64,000 bases of DNA from a virus: the IMG/VR virus record IMGVR_UViG_3300045988_161200. The stretch is one strand, 5' to 3'. Both the position numbers and the translations under genes were made by a program. Position 1 is the stretch's first letter. The number at the start of each line of letters is the position of its first letter. The notes beneath the pieces are model-generated. The model searched no databases, had not been told where the DNA came from, and saw only the letters and a program-made list of their open reading frames with translations. This document shows positions 16,187 through 24,859 of this stretch, piece by piece.

Positions 16187-16750
16187 TTACTTGTAAATCA
16201 TGATGATATAATCCTTATACAGCGTTTCCAGATCATCAATATAACGACTATCAAAACAACCATATTTTGACATTTTAGTAATAATATTACCCTTGTCTTT
16301 TATACTATAAATGTCTACATCTTTCAGATCGTGCCATCCGTCAAAGATTATTAATGACTTATTATAAAGATACATTTGCATATTATTGTGCTTTCTAATG
16401 CGCTTGCATTCCATCTTTATAACATCGGCATATTGTGCATAGGTCGTAAACTCAAAGCGATTAAACACGATTTTATCTACAACAGGAAATCCAAAATCGT
16501 TAAAATATATCAACGTGTACTTGTTTCCGCTTTTCAAATTTGCGTTGAATATAGCTTTCTGAAATGGATTTGCAAATTCGTTGATAAGCCGTGCATAATC
16601 TTCAAAAGCTTTTCCTTCTGTATCGGCTATGTATGTTCTCAACTCATCTCCGGCAAGAGTCAACGCCATGCTTTCGAATACGTTTTCTTCTAGCTGCACT
16701 GTATCAATAATAATTTCACACTGAATTGTGTAGCCCCGTTTAATGTGCAA
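16187..16750 (-). CDS. hypothetical protein
   Basis: 187-aa ORF. Confidence 0.65.
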   Translation of the reverse strand: MHIKRGYTIQCEIIIDTVQLEENVFESMALTLAGDELRTYIADTEGKAFEDYARLINEFANPFQKAIFNANLKSGNKYTLIYFNDFGFPVVDKIVFNRFEFTTYAQYADVIKMECKRIRKHNNMQMYLYNKSLIIFDGWHDLKDVDIYSIKDKGNIITKMSKYGCFDSRYIDDLETLYKDYIIMIYK

Positions 16751-16946
16751 TGTGCAATATGTTTCATTATATAAGTCCTCCTATCAAATACACGTTTTAT
16801 TTTTTAGCTGTCTCCCACTATTGCGAGAGACTAACAGCTTACAGCCGTTTAACCGCGCTGTTATGCTTATTGTGCATACCTTACGGGGGAAAATCCCCCG
16901 TAAACGCTCAGAGCCTAAATGCCTTTTTATACACGCCCTGACGTGT

Positions 16947-17138
16947 TTAATGTTCTGCTACCGCATACGCACCAAATTCAAAATTGTTGTAACCTCTACA
17001 GATAACGTTTCCGTTGTTATCAGTGATAATAACATCTGTACCCAACTCAACGACCCACTTTTTAGCGTTTCTGCTATTGGTGTGAATTGTGTTGCCATAG
17101 CCGTAATGCACAATATACCTTGTTTTCATAACAAACAA
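16947..17138 (-). CDS. hypothetical protein
   Basis: 63-aa ORF with GGGAGG upstream. Confidence 0.5.
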   Translation of the reverse strand: MFVMKTRYIVHYGYGNTIHTNSRNAKKWVVELGTDVIITDNNGNVICRGYNNFEFGAYAVAEH

Positions 17139-17550
17139 CCTCCCAAAAATTTTTTAATTTATGCAGATAAGCACTTTATGAAGCCGTCAAACAGATTTTA
17201 TTATTTACTTGTGTTTGACGGCTTGAAAAATGTTTATCCTTCAAAAGCCTGTGTTTATTACTCCCTTTTTCCAAACTGAAAGAGCTTTTTGACTTTTAAG
17301 AGTCTGCATTATTTCAATATAACTTTTCATATGTTTTAACCTCCATAATTATTATTTGCTTATCTTTGGCACGGCTTAAAGGGATTTACCTTTTTGTCAT
17401 GATATGATCGGCTGATTTTTGGCTCAACCGTTGAAACCATTGTGTTAGATTGGTTCTATTGCGCAGGCTCTTGTAGCTTGCTTTTTGTGTGACCTTCTGA
17501 AAAATTCGGAAAGTCTGAAGCGGAGCACCTGAATGAATGTTACTTTTATT

Positions 17551-18036
17551 TCAGTCATTTTTAACATCTCCTAATAATATATTAATTTTTTCTTTGGTTT
17601 CGCTAATTTTTTGAGCAAAATATTTAACGTCTATTGAATTATTTTCAATTTCTGCCTCTTCTAACAGCATTTGATATGTATCTAAATTATTTTGTAAATT
17701 ATGTAATGTTTGATGATAAACTTTCGAAGCTCTATCATTTTTGTTGCGTAATTCATAGAGTCGGTGCAAACTTTTTAGGTCTTTTTCTTTTGCCCTTATT
17801 TCAATGCTCTTCTGAGCCTTTGTAGCTTCATCTGTTGTCAGTGCAAAATAGACCTTTCCGGCACCGTTACGGGATACTGTTAATGTTGCCATGCGTCCGT
17901 TCCAGACATAAGAATTATTTTTAAAATAATCTCTACATACTGCAACTTGTTTAATTGTCAGCCAGCAGAAATTGTTAACGCCGCAGCGTGCAAAAATTGA
18001 CGGCATGAAAACGTCATTAAACCAACTATTCTTCAT
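17551..18036 (-). CDS. hypothetical protein with coiled-coil C-terminus
   Basis: 161-aa ORF. Confidence 0.65.
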   Translation of the reverse strand: MKNSWFNDVFMPSIFARCGVNNFCWLTIKQVAVCRDYFKNNSYVWNGRMATLTVSRNGAGKVYFALTTDEATKAQKSIEIRAKEKDLKSLHRLYELRNKNDRASKVYHQTLHNLQNNLDTYQMLLEEAEIENNSIDVKYFAQKISETKEKINILLGDVKND

Positions 18037-18126
18037 TATTTCACCTTCTTTTAATTCATAATCCCGACGCCGTGAAGGCGTTTCGTCTTAATTTTCAAAG
18101 ACTCGTCAGGGGAATTTAGAAGATTG

Positions 18127-18279
18127 TTAATTTGCGTAAATATGCCATTTGTAAACCGTGATTCCAGCTTCAGAATATTTATTTAAAATATTCTGAATTT
18201 CGTTTTCGTTCTTGATAGTCTCAACGGTGTAACCTTCTTGATTCTTAATGCCGTTATCATGCCAAATTATAACATTCAT
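18127..18279 (-). CDS. hypothetical protein (first gene of the leftward early operon)
   Basis: 50-aa ORF MNVIIWHDNGIKNQEGYTVE..., with a GAAAGGAAG RBS. Confidence 0.5.
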   Translation of the reverse strand: MNVIIWHDNGIKNQEGYTVETIKNENEIQNILNKYSEAGITVYKWHIYAN

Positions 18280-18320
18280 TTTATAACTTCCTTTCGTTTT
18301 TGTCAAGTTGAAAAATACGC

Positions 18321-18349
18321 TTGACTTTGTTTTTGTTTTGTGATATTAT
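18321..18349 (+). promoter_or_regulatory. rightward promoter
   Basis: TTGACT, 17-nt spacer, TGATATTAT. Confidence 0.6.
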
Positions 18350-18401
18350 TTAGGTTGGGAATTTTGTTTTCTTTTGTTTTCCCTTCCCTTATCTTGATTA
18401 T

Positions 18402-18430
18402 ATTATAACATATACATAGCAATATGTAAA
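18402..18430 (-). promoter_or_regulatory. leftward early promoter, face-to-face with 18321
   Basis: Reverse strand has TTTACA (18425-18430), a 17-nt spacer and TGTTATAAT. Confidence 0.6.
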
Positions 18431-18437
18431 GCAAGTC

Positions 18438-18555
18438 AATTTGTGCAATATAACGGAATTTGTGCAAAATGACAATGAAATATGAGTATTAAACAGTGTA
18501 TAAATAGTTGAATATACTGTATATAGTGTATATTTGTTGTGATATTGCACAAATT
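18438..18555. repeat. iteron-like binding sites AATTTGTGCAA(T/A)A
   Basis: Direct copies at 18438-18450 and 18457-18469, and an inverted identical copy at 18543-18555. Related half-sites occur at 18903-18915 and 18927-18939. A further copy lies at 59677-59689. Confidence 0.75.
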
Positions 18556-18630
18556 AAGGGAATATAATCACAAATTTTGAAAAATAGCATATAATAATAC
18601 ACAAATATTATAATTGGGAGCTGTTTAGAT

Positions 18631-18813
18631 ATGAAGGAAAGTGTGAAAAAAGCATTAACAAATTATTATAATAAAAACAAGCAATTAAATATTACAATAA
18701 GTAATGAAATATATGAATTGTTTATCAACTACTGTAAACAAAATGATATTACAAAAAAAGAAGCTATTGAAACGATGATAACATATTGTATTGATAATAA
18801 TATACTTAATTGA
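18631..18813 (+). CDS. putative ribbon-helix-helix DNA-binding protein
   Basis: 60 aa. LNITISNEIYELFINYCKQNDITKKEAIETMI fits a beta-strand plus two-helix RHH pattern. GGGAG RBS. Confidence 0.5.
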   Translation: MKESVKKALTNYYNKNKQLNITISNEIYELFINYCKQNDITKKEAIETMITYCIDNNILN

Positions 18814-19532
18814 TATACTTTAATGTAGTAAATTATTTGTGGAAGCATCGGAGCTAATAGTCAAATATAATCAGAACGTGTAAATTGCATTTGTCAATAG
18901 GTAAATGTGCAAATAATTATATAATGTATTGTGCATATTGTATAATAACAGTCTGAGCCGGAAGCATAGCCGTGAGTGCTGCTATAATGCGTTATACGGC
19001 GTTTTGTTTATAGTGGTATAATTACCCTAACAGATGCGTTAAAATGGCGTGTGCGTGATTTATTGTTGTTTGATATAATTTTATTGATAAATGATAATTT
19101 ATTATTGATATTCAATAATTGACGTTTACAATTTAGTAATAATTATGTAATTTGTTAGATGTATTTATATTGTGATATTGCATAGTTTTAGAGCGTGAAA
19201 TTTGGCTATTTTGCAAAATGTGGGAGTGTATGAGCTGAGATTGTTATATACTAACGTTGTATATTTTAATGTGATAAAGTTTAGTTGATTAAAGTATAGT
19301 AATATGGTTATGTGGTGTAATTTATAGTAATGTGGTATAGTTTAATGCTGTTATGGATTAGCGATTAGGAAAATAAGCTTATGTATTATGATATATTATG
19401 ATCTATTTTTTAAAATATCTCTTGTATGCTTTGATTTTCTTTTGTTTTCTCTTGTTTTCTTTATTATGCTTTGATTTGGTTTCAATTATTTAACACTGTT
19501 AAATAAATTAACAACGTTAGCGAACCACTAAA

Positions 19533-19572
19533 AATGACTAATAGTCATTATCAAAAGTGACCGTTGGTCATT
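19533..19572. promoter_or_regulatory. pair of palindromic sites
   Basis: AATGACTAATAGTCATTAT and AGTGACCGTTGGTCATTAT (TGAC-N-GTCA cores), 23 bp apart. Confidence 0.5.
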
Positions 19573-19779
19573 ATTTTTGATGCAACCAGTAACAAAATCT
19601 AAATAACAAATTCAAGAAATGTTAATAAAATTAGCTTCAAAATTTATCAAGAAATGTTAGTAGAAGTATTTCTAAAATATGTCTGTCTATGTTGCTTTTG
19701 GGACAAAAATAACATAGGATCGGCAGTACAGGGGGGTGTATTTACATTTAAAAGTTTGTTAATATTTGTTCAAAAGAGT

Positions 19780-20400
19780 ATAGTAGTTCCACTCAACTCA
19801 CACGTCTAAAAATTCAAATTGACACTCATCTATAATTTCTTTTTTCTTACAATCCATTCTCATAATCCAAAAAAATACTCCAAAAATATCCCCAAAATCA
19901 TTCGATGCTATTCTTCGGCAGACTCCCCTATTTATCTCACTTACAGACCAACAATAACAACCTCAAAACACATCTATCTTAAGAACTCAAAATCCATACC
20001 AATACTGTACTTTCAGACAAACCACAGAACACTTTACGCTCACTTTACCATCTCAAACAGCAAATTACCCTACCCATACAAACATCTCTCAAATCTAATC
20101 ACAGAGCCTAATACAAGTATCTCAAAAATAACATTTCAATACTATATATCTATTCAGAATCAACTTAAAGATATAATTCATTCACCTCAGACCATACCTT
20201 AAACACTTCAAAAACTAACACAAAATCTAAATCGCTCAAATGCCGATAAAATCTATGCTTTCTCCGAATACTATAAAAATCAATCAAAAGTATCAAAGAT
20301 CAAATCTATATTTAATATATCAGAAGTATCTTAAATCAAGTAAACATCATAAATCCATAGAAATAAATCGAAGATCATAAAAATTACAAATTGTTTTCTT
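19780..20400 (+). other. G-depleted, C/A-rich tract
   Basis: Hand count: about 34 G in 19801-20400. C outnumbers G about 10-fold in spot checks. The only ORF here is a low-complexity artefact. Confidence 0.8.
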
Positions 20401-20509
20401 GTGTTCTTATGAAAAATTTATAAACTTTTATAAGTTACAGGTCATAGTATGCAGTATGCACCATATTTAAGATATTTAAGTAAAAGATAAAATTCAATCA
20501 AAAAAGCAC

Positions 20510-20537
20510 TTGACATTTTTATGAAACATGATATAAT
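20510..20537 (+). promoter_or_regulatory. sigma-A promoter of the rightward arm
   Basis: TTGACA, 16-nt spacer, TGATATAAT. Confidence 0.7.
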
Positions 20538-20587
20538 AGTATTGTAGATATATTATAAGTAAGTAATAATATAATAATGTTCAAAAT

Positions 20588-20701
20588 CTACTTTTCTTTT
20601 TTGCTGACAAACTCGTCCATTTCACGTTTTATGGTCTTTGCTACGCAAAGCCTCATAAAACTATGTGAAATAGCCGACTATCGCCCAAAAAAGAAAAGTA
20701 G
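20588..20701 (+). ncRNA. 114-nt rod-like hairpin in a long leader
   Basis: Perfect 16-bp closing stem CTACTTTTCTTTTTTG/CAAAAAAGAAAAGTAG, plus inner helices ATTTCAC/GTGAAAT, GTTTTATG/CATAAAAC and CTTTGC/GCAAAG. Confidence 0.6.
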
Positions 20702-20766
20702 CAAAAGAAAAAAGGGCGAATTATAACTTTTACTAATAATAAAGAAGATGATAAAAACGAATAATA

Positions 20767-20834
20767 AAAATTGTCCAAATTTAAGATAATAGTATATTAT
20801 AGTATATATAAAACATATAATTGGACAATTTTTA
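20767..20834 (+). promoter_or_regulatory. 13-bp inverted repeat (attenuator or terminator-like)
   Basis: AAAAATTGTCCAA...TTGGACAATTTTT with a 42-nt AT-rich loop. Confidence 0.5.
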
Positions 20835-20920
20835 TACTTATAAGTTTCACGAAGTAATAAGTTAAGTATGGATTAACGGGTTTGTACAAATTTAACAGAC
20901 AAAAGTGAGGTAGATATAAA

Positions 20921-22126
20921 ATGGTATATACAGATTATAATAAGAATACTTTGAATATTACTAAATTCAAAGAATATATAAAAAACAATGTAGAAGAAAA
21001 AGAAGATAATACTATAAAGAATTATAAAATTATGTGTCAACTCATTGGAGAAGAAGAGTGTACAGGAAATTCAAAAAAAGCACAGGTTAATCGTTGGAAA
21101 AGATATTTTGAGTTTCATAAGGAAGGACAGAAATTTGTTATTGATGAGATATACGATGAACCATTTCCCACCGATGATGCTCGTAAACGCAGAGAAGGTC
21201 TTTATGTAAAGTACATAGAATTGCTGCTTTTAGAGTTTCTTTCAAAACAGGTTGATTACAAAGTAACATTGGGTAACAAGGAAATGTATCGTATTCTCGG
21301 TATGACAAATGACCGTTATGATATTAGAAACAGAATGGGTTCTGCTAAGGCAAATGAGATATTAAGACAGACTATTATGAATAATGAGGATAAATTTGCT
21401 TTTACAAATACCCCCAAGGTTTCTAATTTTGATATAAACAACTTTTATTTCAGAGCAGAACAGAAACTCAACAGGATACTTTATTCAGCTCTTAGGAGTA
21501 TGAAAAATAGATTTCTTATTGATTATAAGAAAGTCAATATTATAGCTGAGTATGACGATGATGAAGATTCTCAGTATCTTAATTATAGAGAGTCAAATGC
21601 TTATGAAGATAAGATAATACTTGAAGCAAAAAATAAAATCATCAAGGAAATGGGATATGATAATATGACAGAGATAATGCTCCGTTATAAATGTGACGAT
21701 TTTTATGAAAAGTTTAATAAATATGTCAAGGAAGAGTATGGGTGGGAAAAGTGTTATCCCCAGCTCAGAGTTGTTTACATTGATGATATTGCTAAACAAA
21801 TACCACTTAAAGAAGAAGAGATAAAAAAGCTTTCTATTGAAGACAAAAGAACTCGGCTCAATGAAGAGATAATTAAATGTCTTAATACACAGGCAGAAAA
21901 GAAATATAAAGAAGCTGAGGCAAGGTTCTTTGAATATGAGTGTGATAAGGCTGAAGCAGAAGAAAACGGTGAATGGGGTAAATATAATCCTTTTGAGAGA
22001 GAACCATTTATGTATAAGTCTGATTACGTGGAGATTCAAATAGCATTAACTGATTATCTTTTGAATATTCGTTTTGAGGAATTAGAGGTAAACCCTAAGA
22101 AGAACGATGATAAAAGTGCTGAATAA
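20921..22126 (+). CDS. hypothetical protein (first rightward gene)
   Basis: 401-aa ORF with a GTGAGGTAG RBS. Confidence 0.7.
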   Translation: MVYTDYNKNTLNITKFKEYIKNNVEEKEDNTIKNYKIMCQLIGEEECTGNSKKAQVNRWKRYFEFHKEGQKFVIDEIYDEPFPTDDARKRREGLYVKYIELLLLEFLSKQVDYKVTLGNKEMYRILGMTNDRYDIRNRMGSAKANEILRQTIMNNEDKFAFTNTPKVSNFDINNFYFRAEQKLNRILYSALRSMKNRFLIDYKKVNIIAEYDDDEDSQYLNYRESNAYEDKIILEAKNKIIKEMGYDNMTEIMLRYKCDDFYEKFNKYVKEEYGWEKCYPQLRVVYIDDIAKQIPLKEEEIKKLSIEDKRTRLNEEIIKCLNTQAEKKYKEAEARFFEYECDKAEAEENGEWGKYNPFEREPFMYKSDYVEIQIALTDYLLNIRFEELEVNPKKNDDKSAE

Positions 22127-22304
22127 CCTATTCATCAAATATACTACAGGCAGTTGTTATATAGACGGTGAACCGAGGAATGTTCCTAATATATATGTAC
22201 TTCCCGATGACCAAACTGAGAATAACATTAAGGCTTTGCTGGAAGAACTTAAACAGAGATACGGAGTTGAAGAGTTTGCCTCTGTAATTGCTCCTGCTAA
22301 ATAA
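22107..22304 (+). CDS. hypothetical protein
   Basis: 65-aa ORF with a weak RBS. Confidence 0.45.
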   Translation: MIKVLNNLFIKYTTGSCYIDGEPRNVPNIYVLPDDQTENNIKALLEELKQRYGVEEFASVIAPAK

Positions 22305-22337
22305 TAAGTAAGTAATAAGTTTTATTGCAAAAATTGC

Positions 22338-22366
22338 TTGACAAACTAAAATTTCCAGTATATACT
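22338..22366 (+). promoter_or_regulatory. sigma-A promoter
   Basis: TTGACA, 17-nt spacer, TATACT. Confidence 0.65.
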
Positions 22367-22424
22367 ATACTTAGGAGCAGAAAAGACTCGGTATTAAAAT
22401 ACTTAAACAAAAGGAGATAATAAT

Positions 22425-22736
22425 ATGGCAAACAAAATTAAGATTACGGACAATTTCTATTTCACGGCAGACTCAGACCAGTATATTCTTATAGAGTGTG
22501 GTAAGCGTGAAAAGATTGACCGTAAAACAAGGAAGCCTACTGGTGAGATAATAGACTATGAGGATATTATTGGTTACTATTCTTCTATTGAAGCTCTTAT
22601 CAGAGGTTGTCGTAAGATTATGATCAGAGAAAAGGTGTCCGATGGTAGTCTTGACACTATTGATGATATTGTTGGTTATATGAATAACATCAATAATAGG
22701 CTTGATGAAATTCTATCTAAAATAGAAAATTATTAA
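22425..22736 (+). CDS. hypothetical protein
   Basis: 103 aa with an AAGGAGA RBS. Confidence 0.65.
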   Translation: MANKIKITDNFYFTADSDQYILIECGKREKIDRKTRKPTGEIIDYEDIIGYYSSIEALIRGCRKIMIREKVSDGSLDTIDDIVGYMNNINNRLDEILSKIENY

Positions 22737-22994
22737 TACGATACTCGATACTAAAATACTCAACTCTGCACACGATACAGACACTTTGTGCCTTTATAAG
22801 TGAAATTATACTATTAAAGTTAAAGTGGCTGAAATCAGTTCAGATTAGTTCAGAATTATATGCTTATATTCTGCTGACAGCTCGAAACATATTTATTGAA
22901 ATGGGGTTTGGCTCGGAGGATATAAGTGATGTTGTTCTGAGTGAGATGTAAATAGCGATACTATTGTAATACAAAGAAAAGGAGAATATAAAAA

Positions 22995-23444
22995 ATGATT
23001 GGAAATTCAGTGGCAACAGTTGAAAATGCAATAACGGTAGGTAATCATACTTTGCCTATTAAGGAATACAACAATGTCAGAGTAGTGACATTCAAGGACA
23101 TTGATATGGTTCACGAGAGACCTGATGGAACTGCAAGTAGAAACTTTCGTAAGAATAGAGGATACTTTATTGAGGGTGAAGATTTTTATTCGATAGACCA
23201 ACCCGACGAAATTCGTCGCCTTGGTTTTACGAGACCACAAGGAGGAACTTCAGCAAATATAGTTCTTATTACAGAATCAGGTTATCTTATGCTTGTAAAA
23301 TCATTCACAGATGACCTTGCTTGGAAAGTACAGAGGGAACTTGTTAATACCTATTTTAGAATAAAAGATGTTGTAACGATAACGGGAGCAATAGCAAGAA
23401 CAATACAGGATATGTCAGTGAGGATAAAGGATAAATCAGCTTGA
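22995..23444 (+). CDS. ORF6N/KilA-N-type antirepressor N-terminal module
   Basis: LPIKEYNNVRVVTFKDIDMVHERPDGTASRNFRKNRGYFIEGEDFY. AAGGAGAA RBS. Confidence 0.65.
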   Translation: MIGNSVATVENAITVGNHTLPIKEYNNVRVVTFKDIDMVHERPDGTASRNFRKNRGYFIEGEDFYSIDQPDEIRRLGFTRPQGGTSANIVLITESGYLMLVKSFTDDLAWKVQRELVNTYFRIKDVVTITGAIARTIQDMSVRIKDKSA

Positions 23445-23556
23445 AGTATTAACTGATAAAGTCACTGTTCTTGAAAAAGAAATCAAGAAACTTACGCCTA
23501 CCCCATTAAACTGTTCTTCTTGGAAGAGAAATATTGCTACACCTTTAGTATCGTCA

Positions 23557-24111
23557 TTGTCAAAAATTATAGACCTTCCTATTGCAGAAACATATAGATT
23601 TATTTATGATGATATGGCTTCTACATATGGATTTGATAAAATTCACGCTATGACTCAGTTTTGTAATAAGTATAAGGTTGATAATGTGTCGACCATTGAT
23701 GCAGTCGCAGATGTTCCAACTTACATAGAAATGTTTACAAAGAGTGCTAATAAGTTCTTAGATATAAATAATTCCGTTTCAGACACTTCTAATACAAAAG
23801 CAAAATCAGAAGTAAATAATAATATGGGCGTATCAAATCTAATTATAGACTATTCTACTCTTACGGTAGAAGAAATTATAAAGCCACTTGTTGACCTGTA
23901 TCACGACACATCTGTAAATAATGCCTATACATATAGGAGAGTTTATAAAGTTATGCGTTCCGATAGAAGCTGGAAGGCTCTGATGACACGCAGACATTGT
24001 AAGAGTAAGAAGAACCTTGTAACCAAGTTTAATGATATTAGACGTGATTTTGCCAAGGCTGTGAATCAGCTTGTGGAAACTAGCACTATGGAAGCAGGTG
24101 GTGTAGTATGA
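23557..24111 (+). CDS. hypothetical protein, probable C-terminal part of a split antirepressor
   Basis: The TTG start lacks an RBS. The frame is open upstream to about 23431 and encodes the coiled coil QLEVLTDKVTVLEKEIKKL. Confidence 0.5.
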   Translation: MSKIIDLPIAETYRFIYDDMASTYGFDKIHAMTQFCNKYKVDNVSTIDAVADVPTYIEMFTKSANKFLDINNSVSDTSNTKAKSEVNNNMGVSNLIIDYSTLTVEEIIKPLVDLYHDTSVNNAYTYRRVYKVMRSDRSWKALMTRRHCKSKKNLVTKFNDIRRDFAKAVNQLVETSTMEAGGVV

Positions 24112-24533
24112 ACTTTGCCAAGGAATTTGCTTCTGTAGGGTTGCATTACGATTGTTCTACTTGCGGATTTAGAAACTGTTCAAGCCGAGGTCTTCCCTAT
24201 TGTTGTGACAACTATTTCCCTAAGAATATGAGCAAAATTATGGATAGCATTTCGTTCAATCTTCGTATGAATACTGGTAAATCACATGATAAGAGACTTA
24301 TAAGAAGACCTGTTGATGACAGACATAAGATGACTTGTGACGGTGACACTTTGGACAAGTATTATGTTGGAATGATAAACGATACACTATCTGAGATTAG
24401 AAAAGGTAAGACAGCTTATTTATTTCATCTGTCACAGATACAGGAAGTTATGAAATTTGAGAATATTGATTTTACATATGATATTGTGGGCGGTAATTTT
24501 GCTGTTAGGTTAAGAAAGGAAGATAATAAATGA
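24108..24533 (+). CDS. hypothetical Cys-rich protein
   Basis: 141 aa with a 4-nt start/stop overlap. Confidence 0.6.
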   Translation: MNFAKEFASVGLHYDCSTCGFRNCSSRGLPYCCDNYFPKNMSKIMDSISFNLRMNTGKSHDKRLIRRPVDDRHKMTCDGDTLDKYYVGMINDTLSEIRKGKTAYLFHLSQIQEVMKFENIDFTYDIVGGNFAVRLRKEDNK

Positions 24534-24859
24534 CTAAAGAACAATTTATAAAACTTATGACAGTTGTAAAGGAAAGATACTACTCGTTGGAAAGTATATA
24601 CGACAAATTCAACGAGTTATTTGGAGATGTTGGTGATAAATTTATTGGCAACACATCATTGTTTCCTATTATAAAGACTATTTCTGACATTATCGGTGAC
24701 GATGAAAGTTGGATAGAATGGTACATATACGAAAAAGAATGGGGAACTAAGGAAGATATGGAAGTTACTGATGTAAATAATAATGTTGTACCTTCTGAAA
24801 CGTTGGAGGATTTGTGGAAACTGATACAGAGTAGTAAGGATGGTGACAAGTATGAATGA
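24530..24859 (+). CDS. hypothetical protein
   Basis: 109 aa with a 4-nt overlap. Confidence 0.6.
   Translation: MTKEQFIKLMTVVKERYYSLESIYDKFNELFGDVGDKFIGNTSLFPIIKTISDIIGDDESWIEWYIYEKEWGTKEDMEVTDVNNNVVPSETLEDLWKLIQSSKDGDKYE

Noticed and set aside
18301-18330. Reverse-strand TTGACA at 18301-18306 as promoter of the 18279 gene
   Set aside because: The spacer to TATAAA is only 15 nt, and the -10 abuts the ATG, so the RBS would not be transcribed. The extended -10 promoter at 18402-18430 is a better candidate.
19200-19500. CRISPR-like array
   Set aside because: The repeats are short (9-14 nt), of several unrelated families, and irregularly spaced, with no uniform spacers and no cas genes.
19819-20202. 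127-aa ORF on the plus strand
   Set aside because: It lies in the G-depleted tract, where TAG and TGA cannot occur. The translation is low complexity (P, T, I, N, S, K, Y), and there is no RBS. It is an artefact of composition.
21593-22039. Antisense ORFs inside long genes (also 1123-1431, 11435-12093, 31311-31877, 34214-34576, 45165-45617, 46376-46834 and 53130-53556, among others)
   Set aside because: Each is fully embedded antisense or out of frame in a longer ORF that has motifs or RBS support. Such shadow ORFs are common in AT-rich DNA.
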